NCBI RefSeq assembly: GCF_018350175.1
Contig: NC_058368.1
Location: forward strand, 6,510,001-6,574,000
Direction of reading: 5' to 3'
Length of the DNA stretch: 64,000 nucleotides
Origin: Felis catus
Lineage: Eukaryota
Position 1 is the stretch's first letter. The number at the start of each line of letters is the position of its first letter. The notes beneath the pieces were generated by a model. It was not told the origin of the DNA. It saw only the letters and a list, made by a program, of their open reading frames with translations, and searched no databases. Below, piece by piece: positions 24,537-35,600 of the stretch. A program made the translations under genes and the position numbers.

Positions 24537-26576
24537 CGCTATCACTTTTAATAATAGTTGTATCATTAGGATTTCCAGAAGCCTGTCACCCCACTTGTCA
24601 CGTGTGGGATTTCTTCGCCCCTTGTCTGACCGGAAAAGCACACTGTGCCGTCTGCCATTGGCTGCCCACTTACTAGCAGGATGGGAACAGGTTCGGACCT
24701 CTGCATATCCCTTCATAAAACTTGCCAGCTTTCATGTGACAAAGAGTCACAGGGATTACTGTATTTGTCACCTTGTGTGCTGATATTTTGCGTGTGCAAA
24801 TAGCTTACAATCTGTATTGAAAATGCAACGGCTTCTGAACTGCAACAACACTTATTAAGCCAGTCAACTGTTGGAGAAGGTTGGCCCAGAAGTGTGTTAA
24901 GCTCCAGGATACATGGGACCCAGGATTGGGGGGCAGAGAAGAAGGGTCCTGAGACTTGCTTCCGGTTTGCATTTGTGAACAACCCCTTCCTGAAGGCTAG
25001 ATTTTATGTTTTCAAATACTACCTTGAAGATGTGAAGAGCCGGTAAGTCGATACACGTAAAGCCCTTAAAATGGTGCCTGGGACAGAGCTCTCAGAAAGC
25101 GTTAGCCTTTATAGCAATGATCACTCCTCAAATTATCGCTGTAATTTCTAATAATCGGGGGTAACAGCAAATTATTCCGTCACAGGAGGGAACACTAGGC
25201 AACACTTTTCACATCTGAAGCTTTTCCTTGTCCGTGAACATCTGCCCCAGAATGGAGTCCTGGACGAGGAATCACGATTCTGGCTTCTCATTCTGGGCCT
25301 GCCACTTCCAAGGCAATGACCTTGGGATGTCAGCCTGCGTCACTTCAATGTCAGTGAAGTGAGGTCCTCTCCAGCTCGAGAACATGAACTCGATGCCTCC
25401 TGAGATATCCAAAGGACCCACGTAAAAATAAAAAAAAAAAACCTGTGCTATGTTTATGTTTGAAGAGTCTGCATGTAAATTAGCTGCCTTGTTTTAAAAA
25501 TAAATCTTTCTAAAGAATTTTTTATTCATGCAAATGCATATGTTTACAAATGCAAACTTGTGGTCGCTCAGGTCTTTTCCTGAACAGACATTTTATGGAT
25601 GTCAATAAACATAAATTTTTAAAAATCCGGCGTTTACAAGGTTTACAAAACACCTAAATGCAAGCTTTTGGTGATCATGCTGAAGTTTGTTTCAGTGACG
25701 TTTTCAGAACATTTTTCAGGAATTGGCCGTAGGATGAAATGTCATTAAAAGAAATTCTGTACCAAATTATTTCCACTTCACTCCTTGGAATCCATCACAG
25801 TTATTCCTTTCAGAGAACTCTGTGTTTTCCTTACACTTAACTAGGTCCAGCCTGCCCTTCGGGACCTATTGGCATCCAGCAGTTCTCATGAAGCCTGTCT
25901 ACACTCCAGAACGTTAGGTATCTGCTTGGCACTCCTCTGACGCTGAACCCAGGCCACCTTCGGAGTCACCTGAACTGCTCACGCACAGGCCACTCTTGGC
26001 TCGTCTGACTGGGCACTTCTTAGCAGGTGCTGCCCATTTCTACGCGTGCACAGTTCCTAGCACAGTGACCCCCGCAAAGGCTGTGTGACTTGAGGCAAAT
26101 CACTCACCCTCTCTGTGCATCAGTTTCCTTGCTTGTGATGGAGAACATCAATACGTGATGTATAGCGTTGCTGAAAAGATCACACGACGATGTGATTTAA
26201 TGCAATGTGTAAAGCTTTTAGTTCGGTACTTAGCTAACTAAACGGTGGAACTTGTATTAGCAGGAGTAATAAAAATACTAACGAAAAGTAACATCCAAGT
26301 AGGTTCGTACCAAGCCCCATATTAAACCTTTCATATGCTGTCTGTCACCCAGCACCGGGAGGTGGGTCTTGACTCACACACGTCTTAGAGAGTCAGGACA
26401 GGCAGCTTCAGAGAGGTGAAGGAGCGCAGCCAACGCCCTCCAGTAGGAAGTGACAGGGAGGCGACATGAATCCAGGTGTCTGTGTCCAGAGCCCGTGTTC
26501 CTGATCTCTTTATTAATGAAGGCCATGCGACTATTGGTTGACGTCTTTTCTGCTTGCAATTAACAATGAAATTGTT

Positions 26577-26800
26577 GGGGTGCCTGGGTGGCTCAGTCGG
26601 TTAAGCGGCCGACTTCAGCTCAGGTCAGGATCTCGCGGTCCGTGAGTCCGAGCTCCGCGTCGGGCTCCGGGCTGATGGCTCGGAGCCTGGAGCCTGCTTC
26701 CGATTCTGTGTCTCCCTCTCTCTCTGCCCCTCCCCCGTTCATGCTCTGTCTCTCTCTGTCTTAAAAATAAATAAACGTTAAAAAAAATTTTTTAAAAAAA
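26577..26800 (+). mobile_element. Can-SINE
   Basis: SINEC body, TSD aacaatgaaattgtt. Confidence 0.96.
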
Positions 26801-27080
26801 ACAATGAAATTGTTAAATTGAAAATTTTCACTCCAGTAGGAAAGAAATGTATTGTCAACACGGCCTGTTTAATCGATGTCACTCTGTCAGGTCTGCAGGT
26901 CGAGGTGGGTACCCGGAGGCCCGTAGGTTTTCTTGCTGAAACCTCTTCGGACCAGTGGCGCCTCCTGAAATAGGTCCGTAAGAACCAGCTCGTAACTAGG
27001 TGGAAGGGTGTGAAAAGTGGAAACTATCTTCGCACTAAGGCTGGGTAGAGTGAATTCAGCTTTGGAATACACTGCATAGA

Positions 27081-27340
27081 GGGGCGCCTGGGGGACTCAG
27101 TCGGCTGGGCGTCAGATTTCGGCTCAGGTCAGGATGTCACAGTTCGTGAGTTCGAGCCCCGCCGTCAGGCTCCGTGCTGACAGCTCGGGGCCTGGAGTCT
27201 GCTTCAGACTCCCTCTCTCTCTGCCCCTCCCCTGCTCACACTCTGTCTCTCTCTCTCTCTCTCAAAACTAAATACATGTTAAAAAAAATTTTTTTTTAAT
27301 AAATAGATAAACATTAAAAAAATTAAAAAGAAAGAGAGAA
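27081..27340 (+). mobile_element. Can-SINE
   Basis: SINEC body, TSD aatacactg..taga. Confidence 0.93.
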
Positions 27341-27884
27341 AGAAATACACTGTGTAGAAAGAACTCCCAGGATTCGTCAACCGTTCCAGGCCTGAAGTGA
27401 TGACCTTTTGAATAAGTGTGACCTCAGATGGGCTGCCCTGGGGCCCCCAGTGGCCTCTGGTTTTCACGGAGTTAGTGTTCTCTTTGCATTAAGTGTGCTG
27501 GGTGGGGACGAGGTGGGAGAGGAAGGCTTTGTCTCTGTGGCGCACTTGCTGTGGGGGGACGACACTCAGGGGGCGCGGGGGCCACTGGGCGCAGCTTGCT
27601 GCTTTCAGCAGTGGCTCCTGGGTCAGCAAGACCAGCGTTCCCCATGGCGTTAGTCATAACCTCTGGATTCGGGTGTTTCGGAAATCACTAGATTTTCACT
27701 GGAAGACCACCCACATTCGCGGTGAAAACGCACCCACGTACTAGAACAGTCCATGCAGTGTACCCTACCCCCCCACGCCGGAGTCATCCGTCAGAGGATA
27801 GCATGAGGAGTGCACGGCACGGGTAGAAAAGGCTGAGAGGTCCCGGTTTTGCCGAGATATTAATGCCAGTATTATGTTGGGTTA

Positions 27885-28190
27885 GAAACAAGTGGATGAA
27901 CGAACGCAAAGCAGAATCAGACCCATGAATACAGAAAACCGATGGTTGCCCCAGGGGAAGGGGGTGGGGGGATGGGCCAAACGGGTGAAGGAAAGTGGGA
28001 AGTACACGTTTCCAGATGGAGTAGATAAGCCACAGCACGGGGAACATAATCAGTGGTATTGTAATAGCGCTGTATGGTGACAGATGGGACAGCGACACTT
28101 GCGGTGAGTATAGCCTAGCACAGAGATGTCTGATCAATCTCTTGTGCACCTGAAACTAATGTAACATTGTGTGTCAACCATACTTCTAAA
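27885..28190 (+). mobile_element. Carnivore L1 3' end
   Basis: agcagaatcagaccc...cacctgaaactaatgtaacattgtgtgtcaac. Confidence 0.85.
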
Positions 28191-28211
28191 AAAATCGTTT
28201 TGGTGGGGGGC

Positions 28212-28410
28212 GGCGCCTGGGTGGCTCCGTCGGTTAAGCGTCCGACTTTGGCTCAGGTCATGATCTCGCGGTTCGTGGGTTCGAGCCTCGTGTCGGGCTC
28301 TGTTGACAGCTTGGAGCCTGGAGCCTGCTTCAGATTCTGTGTCTCCCTCTCAATGCCCCTCCCCCCCCAAAATAAATAAAAATTTTAAAAAAATGTTAAA
28401 CCTTTAAAAA
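28212..28410 (+). mobile_element. Can-SINE
   Basis: SINEC consensus. Confidence 0.93.
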
Positions 28411-28454
28411 AAATACTACACTAGTAGGTCAGGATTCAGTTAGCCACACAACGC

Positions 28455-28636
28455 GCTACTCAAACTCAAGAGTGCATCAGAATGATCTGGAGGGCTTGTG
28501 AAAAGATGGCAGGGTCTCCCACCCCAAGTTTCTGAGTCAGGAGGCTTAAGGTGAGGCCTGAGACTCTGCATTTTTAACACCTTTCCAGGAGACTGCTGTT
28601 TCTGCTGGTTGGGCCCACACTGGAAGGCACATTGCT
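28455..28636. mobile_element. MER5A-like DNA transposon
   Basis: gtgcatcagaat...ggagggcttgt...ggcctgagactctgcatttttaac. Confidence 0.75.
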
Positions 28637-30249
28637 ACACAGCAGACCCTCATTTCTGCTCTAGGGAGCTCTACATGTAGCAGGTTACTGTCTCCCAGCT
28701 TGAGGTATAGGGAGGAACGGTAGATATGGAAGAAAAGAGCAGCAAAATAATCAAAAAGATGGAAAATAAAATAAATCAGAAAAAAATGCTTTAAGTAATC
28801 GGGATAGTTGTATTTGAGAAGAAGAGAACTCTATTGTTCGATCAGTGTTTGCCATAGATGAACGTTCACTGCGGCGGGGACATTCGCTGTATCTCCAGGG
28901 GCTGAGCCAAGATAAATAGAATTTGCATGTAATAAGAAAGACAGATTAGGGATATTCAGACACTGCTAAGCAGCGAGGGAGAGGGTGGAATTTTAGTTTC
29001 CAAAGATACTTGGACTTAGATGATGCAGATTCAATATTCAACATGGTCCTCTGTACCTTGTCTTCCAATGGTTAGATTCTACAGTATCCGAGACTAAATT
29101 TGGTGCCAGAACATCCTGGAAGGAGTAAGGATATATAGTTGCGTCAGAACCAATGTTCCTTCAGGTTGTAGCCCAGGGACCACGATGTCTGGGAAAGACG
29201 GGTCAATATCCACCTCATGTGAAAGGCTTATGGTATCTTCCCCCAACCCAAGCAAGAATCCCATAGATTCCAAGTATGCCGTCTGGTGAGAAACGCAAAT
29301 CCAAGCCTTTCAGAGAATGTTGGGAAGATGTCCTTTTACCTTTTAAAATATTCTGCCTGTAATTGTCTGTTCAAACCCTCACCTGCCAGGAAATCTGTGA
29401 CGCAGTCAATGTTTTCCTTTCTGCTCCACACTTATTTCCAGTTGAAAGTTTGTTCACGGCTGCTTGATGTTACCATTTGCATTCCAGTGATAAAAATTTC
29501 CCGGAGTTCTTCTGTAAATATTTTATACTATGGACATATTGAAGTTATATATTAAAATCCACTTCAACTATGGACTTGGACATTCGTCTGTTGGATAAAA
29601 AAATATTCGCACCTCCTTGGGCTGAAAGGAAGGACAACGGTGGTAGTGACCATTGGTAACAGTTAACATTAATCGTATTTTTGGTGTTAAAAAATAACAA
29701 AAGATTACAGATAAATATCAAAACGAAGACGAGATATTTTTGAACGTCTCTGGCTAGAGAAAGGTTGCTGTGGGATGAGTTTAGCTGAATTGTAGAACAC
29801 AGAGAACCAAAGTTTCCGCCTCACTTATCTCAAGGTGAATTCATGCATGTACATGAACCACATATGTCATAGAGAAAAGTGTCCTTTTTGGAAAACATGG
29901 CGGTGAGAACAAATCTTTGCTGCTACTGCTGCGTGCATAAACATGCAGGGTTTCGTGTATGCTCCTACATGCATCTGGAAACATACTGCACAGATACACA
30001 ACATTCTGAAAGAATTACCTTAAGATAATGGTAATTGGGATTTTAAAAAGTGAGAATCCTAACATGGAAAATATATGTATAGATATTTACAAGATATGGA
30101 GAAATCCTAGGAAAAGTTCAAAGTTCATGTCCATTGAACATGGACTAGTTATCTATCAACTTCTGACAAGAATAAACACCTTTAAGGTATATGTGTGTGT
30201 GTGTGTGTGTGTGTGTATAATATACATATATAAAGTATATATATTTAAA

Positions 30250-30291
30250 AATGTTTATTTTTTTCAAGTTTATTTGAGAGTGTGTGTGTGT

Positions 30292-30353
<62 letters not shown>

Positions 30354-30525
30354 CAGAGAGGGGCAAGGGGAGAGAGAGAGAAGGAGAGAGAGAGGGAATC
30401 CCAAGCAGGCTCCACACTGCCAACGTGGAGCCTGATGTGGGGTTCAAACTCACGAACTGTGAGATCATGACCTGAGCTGAAACCAAGAGTTGTATGATTA
30501 ACTGACTGAGCCACCCAGCCACCCC
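30250..30525 (-). mobile_element. Can-SINE containing (TG)n(GA)n
   Basis: SINEC consensus. Adjacent (TG)n at about 30193-30216. Confidence 0.93.
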
Positions 30526-30534
30526 AAAAGTGTT

Positions 30535-30808
30535 TAGTTTTTTACTTTATTTATTTTTTTTTAATTTATTCATTTATTTTGAGAGAGGAGAGAGTGCGAG
30601 TGGGGGAGGGGGAGAGAGAGAGAGGGAGAGAGAGAGACAGAGCATGAGTGGAGAAGGGGCAGAGAGAGAGGGAGACACAGAATCTGAAACAGGCTCCAGG
30701 CTCCGAGCTGTCCGCACAGAGCCCGACGTGAGGCTCGAACTCATCAACCACGAGACCGTGACCTGAGCCGAAGTCGGACGCTCAACCGACGGAGCCATCC
30801 AGGTGCTC
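30535..30808 (-). mobile_element. Can-SINE
   Basis: SINEC consensus, reverse orientation. Confidence 0.93.
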
Positions 30809-30809
30809 C

Positions 30810-33171
30810 ACACCACTTATAACTTTAAACAGGAGGCTTTGTCTTAATTGTAGAAGTAAAACTTAGTGACAGTAACAAGTCCTCAGTCATTTCGCTCAGC
30901 TCTCATGTCCAGCGAGGGATCACAGGCAGCCTGGTGCAGGGAAGGGGTCAGGCGTTGGCTTTGGGAAAAACCTGGCTCTACCCTGGAGCTCTGTGACCTC
31001 AGAGAAATTGGTTAGCTTCTCTTCACCTTAATTTTCTTACCTGTAAGTGTATTTTAGTGAATCCAGCAACAAAGCAGGTACAGCATCCGGCAGGGAGCCT
31101 GGCACAGAACGTGCAGAGAGAAACAGCACGGTCATTATCGCTAAAATTCCTACTGTTAGAGATATCCAAGTGGGCCACCGTTTCTACAAAGGCAGCATTT
31201 ATTGCTTTAAACCTCATTATGAGTCTTTGCCCGCACATGTCAAAACCAACTCACCTTAGTCATTTCTCACAAGGGGACGCTGTCTGGTTTTCCGTCATTA
31301 AGAAACGAACAGACCCATCACGTCCCATCCACCAACTCCATCAAACGCTCAAAAGGAATTTTTTTAAAGGCATCAGGTTGATTAGATTGGTCATACGGTG
31401 ACAGGGATTAAAAATCCCGCTTCTGAAATATTTCACTCTCCCGCTTCCGCAAGTAACCTAGGGGAGGAGACCCAGATTCGAGAATGGGATTGGTTCACCC
31501 TTGTGCTACATACGAAGGCGAGAGGGACATCAGTATGCAGGCTGACAGAACGGCCCCGAGACCACCACGGGCATAACGTTTGGGACAAACCGATGAGGTG
31601 AATTTATTACCAGTGATTCCCCCACGGACCCTGAAATACCGGTCTTGCCGCCATCCGAATGGGCTTAGTTGACATCCCGTCCCGAAACCTTTCGTCGATT
31701 GTACAGGCACCACTACGGATCCACGGCAAATGGAGGGAAGGTATGTGCGTCTAAAACATCTGTCTGACTAAAGGAAATGGCGCTCAGACAACGATTTTGC
31801 AATGTGCTTACAACCGAGTCTTCTGTGTTATTTCTTGACAAAAATCTTTGCTCTCTGGGAACAGGCAATGCAGTTTTTATTGCATTTAAGTTGTTTTTTT
31901 TGGTGAAAAGAAGGAAAAGGAATTCAAAGTCAGCTTCTCACGAACAGCCACATGGTCACTCCGCTGATGAACTTACAGAGGGTAGCTTACAAATATCACC
32001 GTCAGATACGCGTGGTTTATACGCACTCGCCAACTTAATCGTTAAAATAGGAGACCACCTGTTTCAAATGCACTTTGTGCCACAGACGGTGTGAACCGGA
32101 AATATTTGATCTACAAGATTTAATTCTATTCGTCTCAATCAGGACTGACTATTAATACATTCTTAGATATAGAGAGATAGGAAACGTGATGTTTTCATAT
32201 TTCGCGACAGCTTCCCATTGCTTTATTTTTCAGAATATTCTCCAATAAACGTAACCTACTTTTAATAGATGTTACTAAATTTTTTTCTTTTGTTCCCTGA
32301 AAACAATCAGACTGTGGTTTAAGAAACTACAATGGCCGGTCTAATCAATCCCACTTCATATGCAAATCAAGACAATTTTCAGAATTCGTTTTAGAGACAC
32401 ATTGAAAACCTATATTGAAAGCGGACTCATTTGATTCTGGATTTACACGGCAACATTTGAAACTAGTGGTCTAGCTAACACAGGCAACCTTGCAGAAAGT
32501 CACAACATTCACAGAAATACCAAAGTAATTCTTGTGAACAGTAATTGCTCCAAGTAAAGAAAGAATGAACAAGAATGGGTACACGGTTTCCGTGTTGGTC
32601 ACTTATCACTGAGTTCACGTTAATAAAACCGGGTCTCTTCCAAACAGAATCATGTGAACTATTTGTGTTGGCTCGAAAGAGATCATCTTCAGTTAGATAC
32701 ATGCAGCGTTGAAAATCTACCTTGACATGAAAAAAAAAAAAAATCTGGAAAAAGTCACTGCTCCTCCATTGATCGCAATAATTCAATTTTATTGTCGAGT
32801 CCAAGTAAACACTCCAGGACCAGTTTACTTTTGATAACATCATGGCCACAGCATACACTTTCTTTCCCACCCGCTACCAATCCTCCAAATACAACAGAAA
32901 ACAAAAATCCCTGCCTCTCAACAAAACAAAATAATCATTTATTTTATTTACTTTTTTTTTTAAAGGGCGAAGACACTGGCAACATTATTTCCACTTCGAT
33001 CACTTAACTCATCTAAAGGAATGCTTCAGAAATGCTGGGTGCTCCTGCGGCTGGAGAGGAAAATCCGGTCGAAAGGAGTTAAGGACAGCATCTCCACCAC
33101 TGGGCCGGGCAGTGAAAGTGCTTGGTAAATGCAGAATTTAGTGCGCCGCGTGTCCCCTAAGGGGGAGGCTG
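30810..33171 (-). other. GPR12: GPR12 3'UTR (extent uncertain, may run further left)
   Basis: Largely repeat-poor AT-rich sequence after the stop codon. Minus-strand AATAAA at 32938-32943, 32788-32793, 32222-32227, 31876-31881, 31603-31608 and 31198-31203. Confidence 0.55.
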
Positions 33172-34176
33172 CTACACGTCGCTGGGGGACCGCGCTCTCT
33201 GGGAGAGACTGGACGGGATGCAGCCGCAGCAAATGAGACAGAGGGCTTTCTGGATTTCTTGGTTTCTGAAAGCATATATGACAGGGTTGATGATGGAGTT
33301 GTAGGTGGCCGGCAGGAGGGTGGCATAGGTGTACATGGAGGGGTAGGTGTAATCAGCTATCAAGGAGTAGAGCGTGAAAGGCATCCAGCAAGCAGCGAAG
33401 GTCCCCAGAATGATGGCCAGGGTGGAGACGCCTTTCCGGGTGGTCACGTAGTGGGAGGTGGCCAGGAAGTGATGTTGCAGGGCGATCTGATGGGCGTGCC
33501 GCATCACGATCTTGCAGATCTGGATGTAGAGCTGAAGCATGAGCGCAAACATGAAGAGGAAGGAGACGGAGAGGATGGCCGCGTTGTTCTTGGTGAGAGG
33601 TCTGACCACGCTGCAGGTGGACTCGTCTCTGAGGCAGTTCCAGCCCAGGACGGGCAGCAGTCCCAGGCAGATGGAGGTCCCCCAGAGCATGACGAGCATG
33701 ACATAGGTGAACGTGACCGTCCTCTCCGAGTGGTACGTCAGCGCGTAATACAGGGAAAGGTAGCGGTCAACAGTGATAGCCAGCAAGCTGCAGACAGAGG
33801 CAGAGAAAGAGGCGACAATGAGCCCGATTGTGACCAGCTTGGTGGCTTCTGACTGAAGCAGGTAGGCAAAAACAAAATTGATGATGAGTCCCACGCCGGC
33901 CAGTAAGTCTGCCAGAGCCAGGCTGCCTATGAGCAGGAACATGGGTGCTCGCAGGCTGGGGTTATGGAAGATGATAAGGACCACAATGGCATTTTCACAG
34001 GAGATGAGGGTTCCTGAGGTACACAAGACAATGTCCCAAGGGTTGACAACCAGCTCTGGCTCCGGCTCGACAACAGGAACCTGGGAGGAGACGGCAGCCG
34101 AGACGTTCTCCGCAGCGCCAGCATCTAAATACTCCCGAGGCAGCCCGCTTAAATTGACCTTCAGGTCTTCATTCAT
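33172..34176 (-). CDS. GPR12: G protein-coupled receptor 12 (class A orphan GPCR, GPR3/6/12 family), single coding exon, 334 aa
   Basis: Translation MNEDLKVNLSGLPR...RARSPSDV matches GPR12 as I recall it. It has seven hydrophobic segments and the motifs LALAD (TM2), VDRY (TM3), CWMP (TM6) and NPVIY (TM7). The ATG is at 34176 (CAT at 34174-34176 on +). The ORF track's TTG start at 34197 crosses the predicted splice acceptor. Confidence 0.98.
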   Translation of the reverse strand: MNEDLKVNLSGLPREYLDAGAAENVSAAVSSQVPVVEPEPELVVNPWDIVLCTSGTLISCENAIVVLIIFHNPSLRAPMFLLIGSLALADLLAGVGLIINFVFAYLLQSEATKLVTIGLIVASFSASVCSLLAITVDRYLSLYYALTYHSERTVTFTYVMLVMLWGTSICLGLLPVLGWNCLRDESTCSVVRPLTKNNAAILSVSFLFMFALMLQLYIQICKIVMRHAHQIALQHHFLATSHYVTTRKGVSTLAIILGTFAACWMPFTLYSLIADYTYPSMYTYATLLPATYNSIINPVIYAFRNQEIQKALCLICCGCIPSSLSQRARSPSDV

Positions 34177-34215
34177 TTTAACCCCCGTCCTCTTCAACGA
34201 AAAGACAGGCTTTTT
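34177..34215 (-). other. GPR12: GPR12 5'UTR intron 3' splice acceptor and start of the coding exon
   Basis: Minus strand reads cctgtcttttcgttgaAG|aggacgggggttaaaATG: pyrimidine tract, AG at 34193-34192, 15 nt of UTR, and A at -3 (Kozak). An alternative AG lies 2 nt downstream. Confidence 0.65.
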
Positions 34216-34299
34216 AATGTTGAGACACAGCAGGGCGACAATCCAAGATCATGCAAAACACACACAGACAGAAAGCCAGCCCCTGCTCAGACACCGCCA

Positions 34300-35600
34300 T
34301 CAAATGCCACACGCTTCACCAACTCGAAAGTGTCACGGAACAAAACAAAGGGCAAAGTCTCGCCGGCTGAGGACCCGCGACCACAGATGCCGGTGGGCGC
34401 TGGGGACGACACAAGATCGGACTTGGAAACACGAGCGTGAGCGAGGCAGGCACACACGGAGCCGCGGCGGACCGGTTGCTAAAGTGCGGGCAACGCACAG
34501 CTGAAAACCACATCCTGCATGCTGGAACCGAACCCCCGTGCCACCTCTGGGCTGCTGCCGGGGCGGCCCCGCCGCAGCCACAGGTCGCGAGCCGGGGGCC
34601 GCCATCCTCGATGGAACATTTCAATCGCCTATTTCCATCGAACTCCCCCTCCCCGCTCCAAAAAAATCAAACCAAAACCAAAAAAAAAAAAAAAAACAAA
34701 ACAACCCTCGCGCGCGTGCACACACTCACCCCCCTCCCCAAGCCAGAACAAAGAGGGGTCCCAGCCGCCCCCCCGTGCGCACGGGGCAGTCGGGCCAGGG
34801 TCACAAAAGGCAGGTGTGTGCAATGGGAGTGTGGACACAGACAGACAGACACACGCCCATGCACCTGCCGCCGCTCCCCCCCTCCCCCGGCGGCGGGGAC
34901 GGGCGGAGGACGCGCGGGGACGGGCAGGGCGCCGGGACAGGCGGCCCACGGGGGCGGGGGGGTCATCGAGGGGGTCACCTTGGCGCGACCAGGCCGAAGG
35001 GGCTCCTCCGGTGCTTCCGAAGCGCGCGGGCTACTCCTGTCGCATGCCCGCGGCGGGGCCCGCGGCGGCGAGGGGCGGTGGCCGCGCCCGGGAGTGGGCG
35101 GGTGGGGGGGGGGGGGCGCGCGGGGCGCGCGCTCCGCGCCAGGTGAGCTGCGGGCGGCAGGTGAGCGGCGGGCTCGGCTCGCGTGCCCGGCTCTCCCCGC
35201 CGCGCGCCCGCCCGGCCCACACGCTCCCCGCGCGCGCGCCCCCGCCCCTGCGCCCGCGCCCGCCGGTGCGCGCCCCGCCGCCCGCCCGCGGGAGCCCCGG
35301 GAGCCCGGCGCGCGCCCCCAAGGCTCGGCGCGCACCTGCAGGCGACGGCGGAGCGCGCGCGGCTGCAGCACCCCCCCCCCCCCCCCCCCCGCCCCGACCC
35401 CCTCTGGGAAGGAGAGGACCTGGAGGCCGCGACTTGCACGCTCGCCTTCCCGGCCCGCTGCCCCCGCACGCCACCCCTGCTGGCCGTCTGGGGCTTGCAC
35501 CGGGTGACAGGCAAAGGAGCACTGCCCGGGAGCCCGGTGACCTATTTATTCCGTTCCTGAGGTCTCCCCGGGGAGTCGCAGTCTCCCGGGCCCCCGCTTC
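34300..35600. promoter_or_regulatory. GPR12: CpG island containing the GPR12 promoter and non-coding exon 1
   Basis: Very high GC and CpG density with GC boxes (GGGGCGG/CCGCCC), directly upstream of the CDS. Candidate minus-strand donors: CAG|GTGCAT near 34864, AAG|GTGACC near 34978, CAG|GTGCGC near 35335. Confidence 0.9.

Noticed and set aside
34177..34197. 7-aa N-terminal extension MKRTGVK of GPR12
   Set aside because: Starts at TTG and crosses the predicted splice acceptor. The known protein starts MNEDL.
33259..34504. Plus-strand ORFs of 197 and 208 aa
   Set aside because: Antisense shadows of the GC3-rich GPR12 CDS with non-ATG starts and no recognisable domain.
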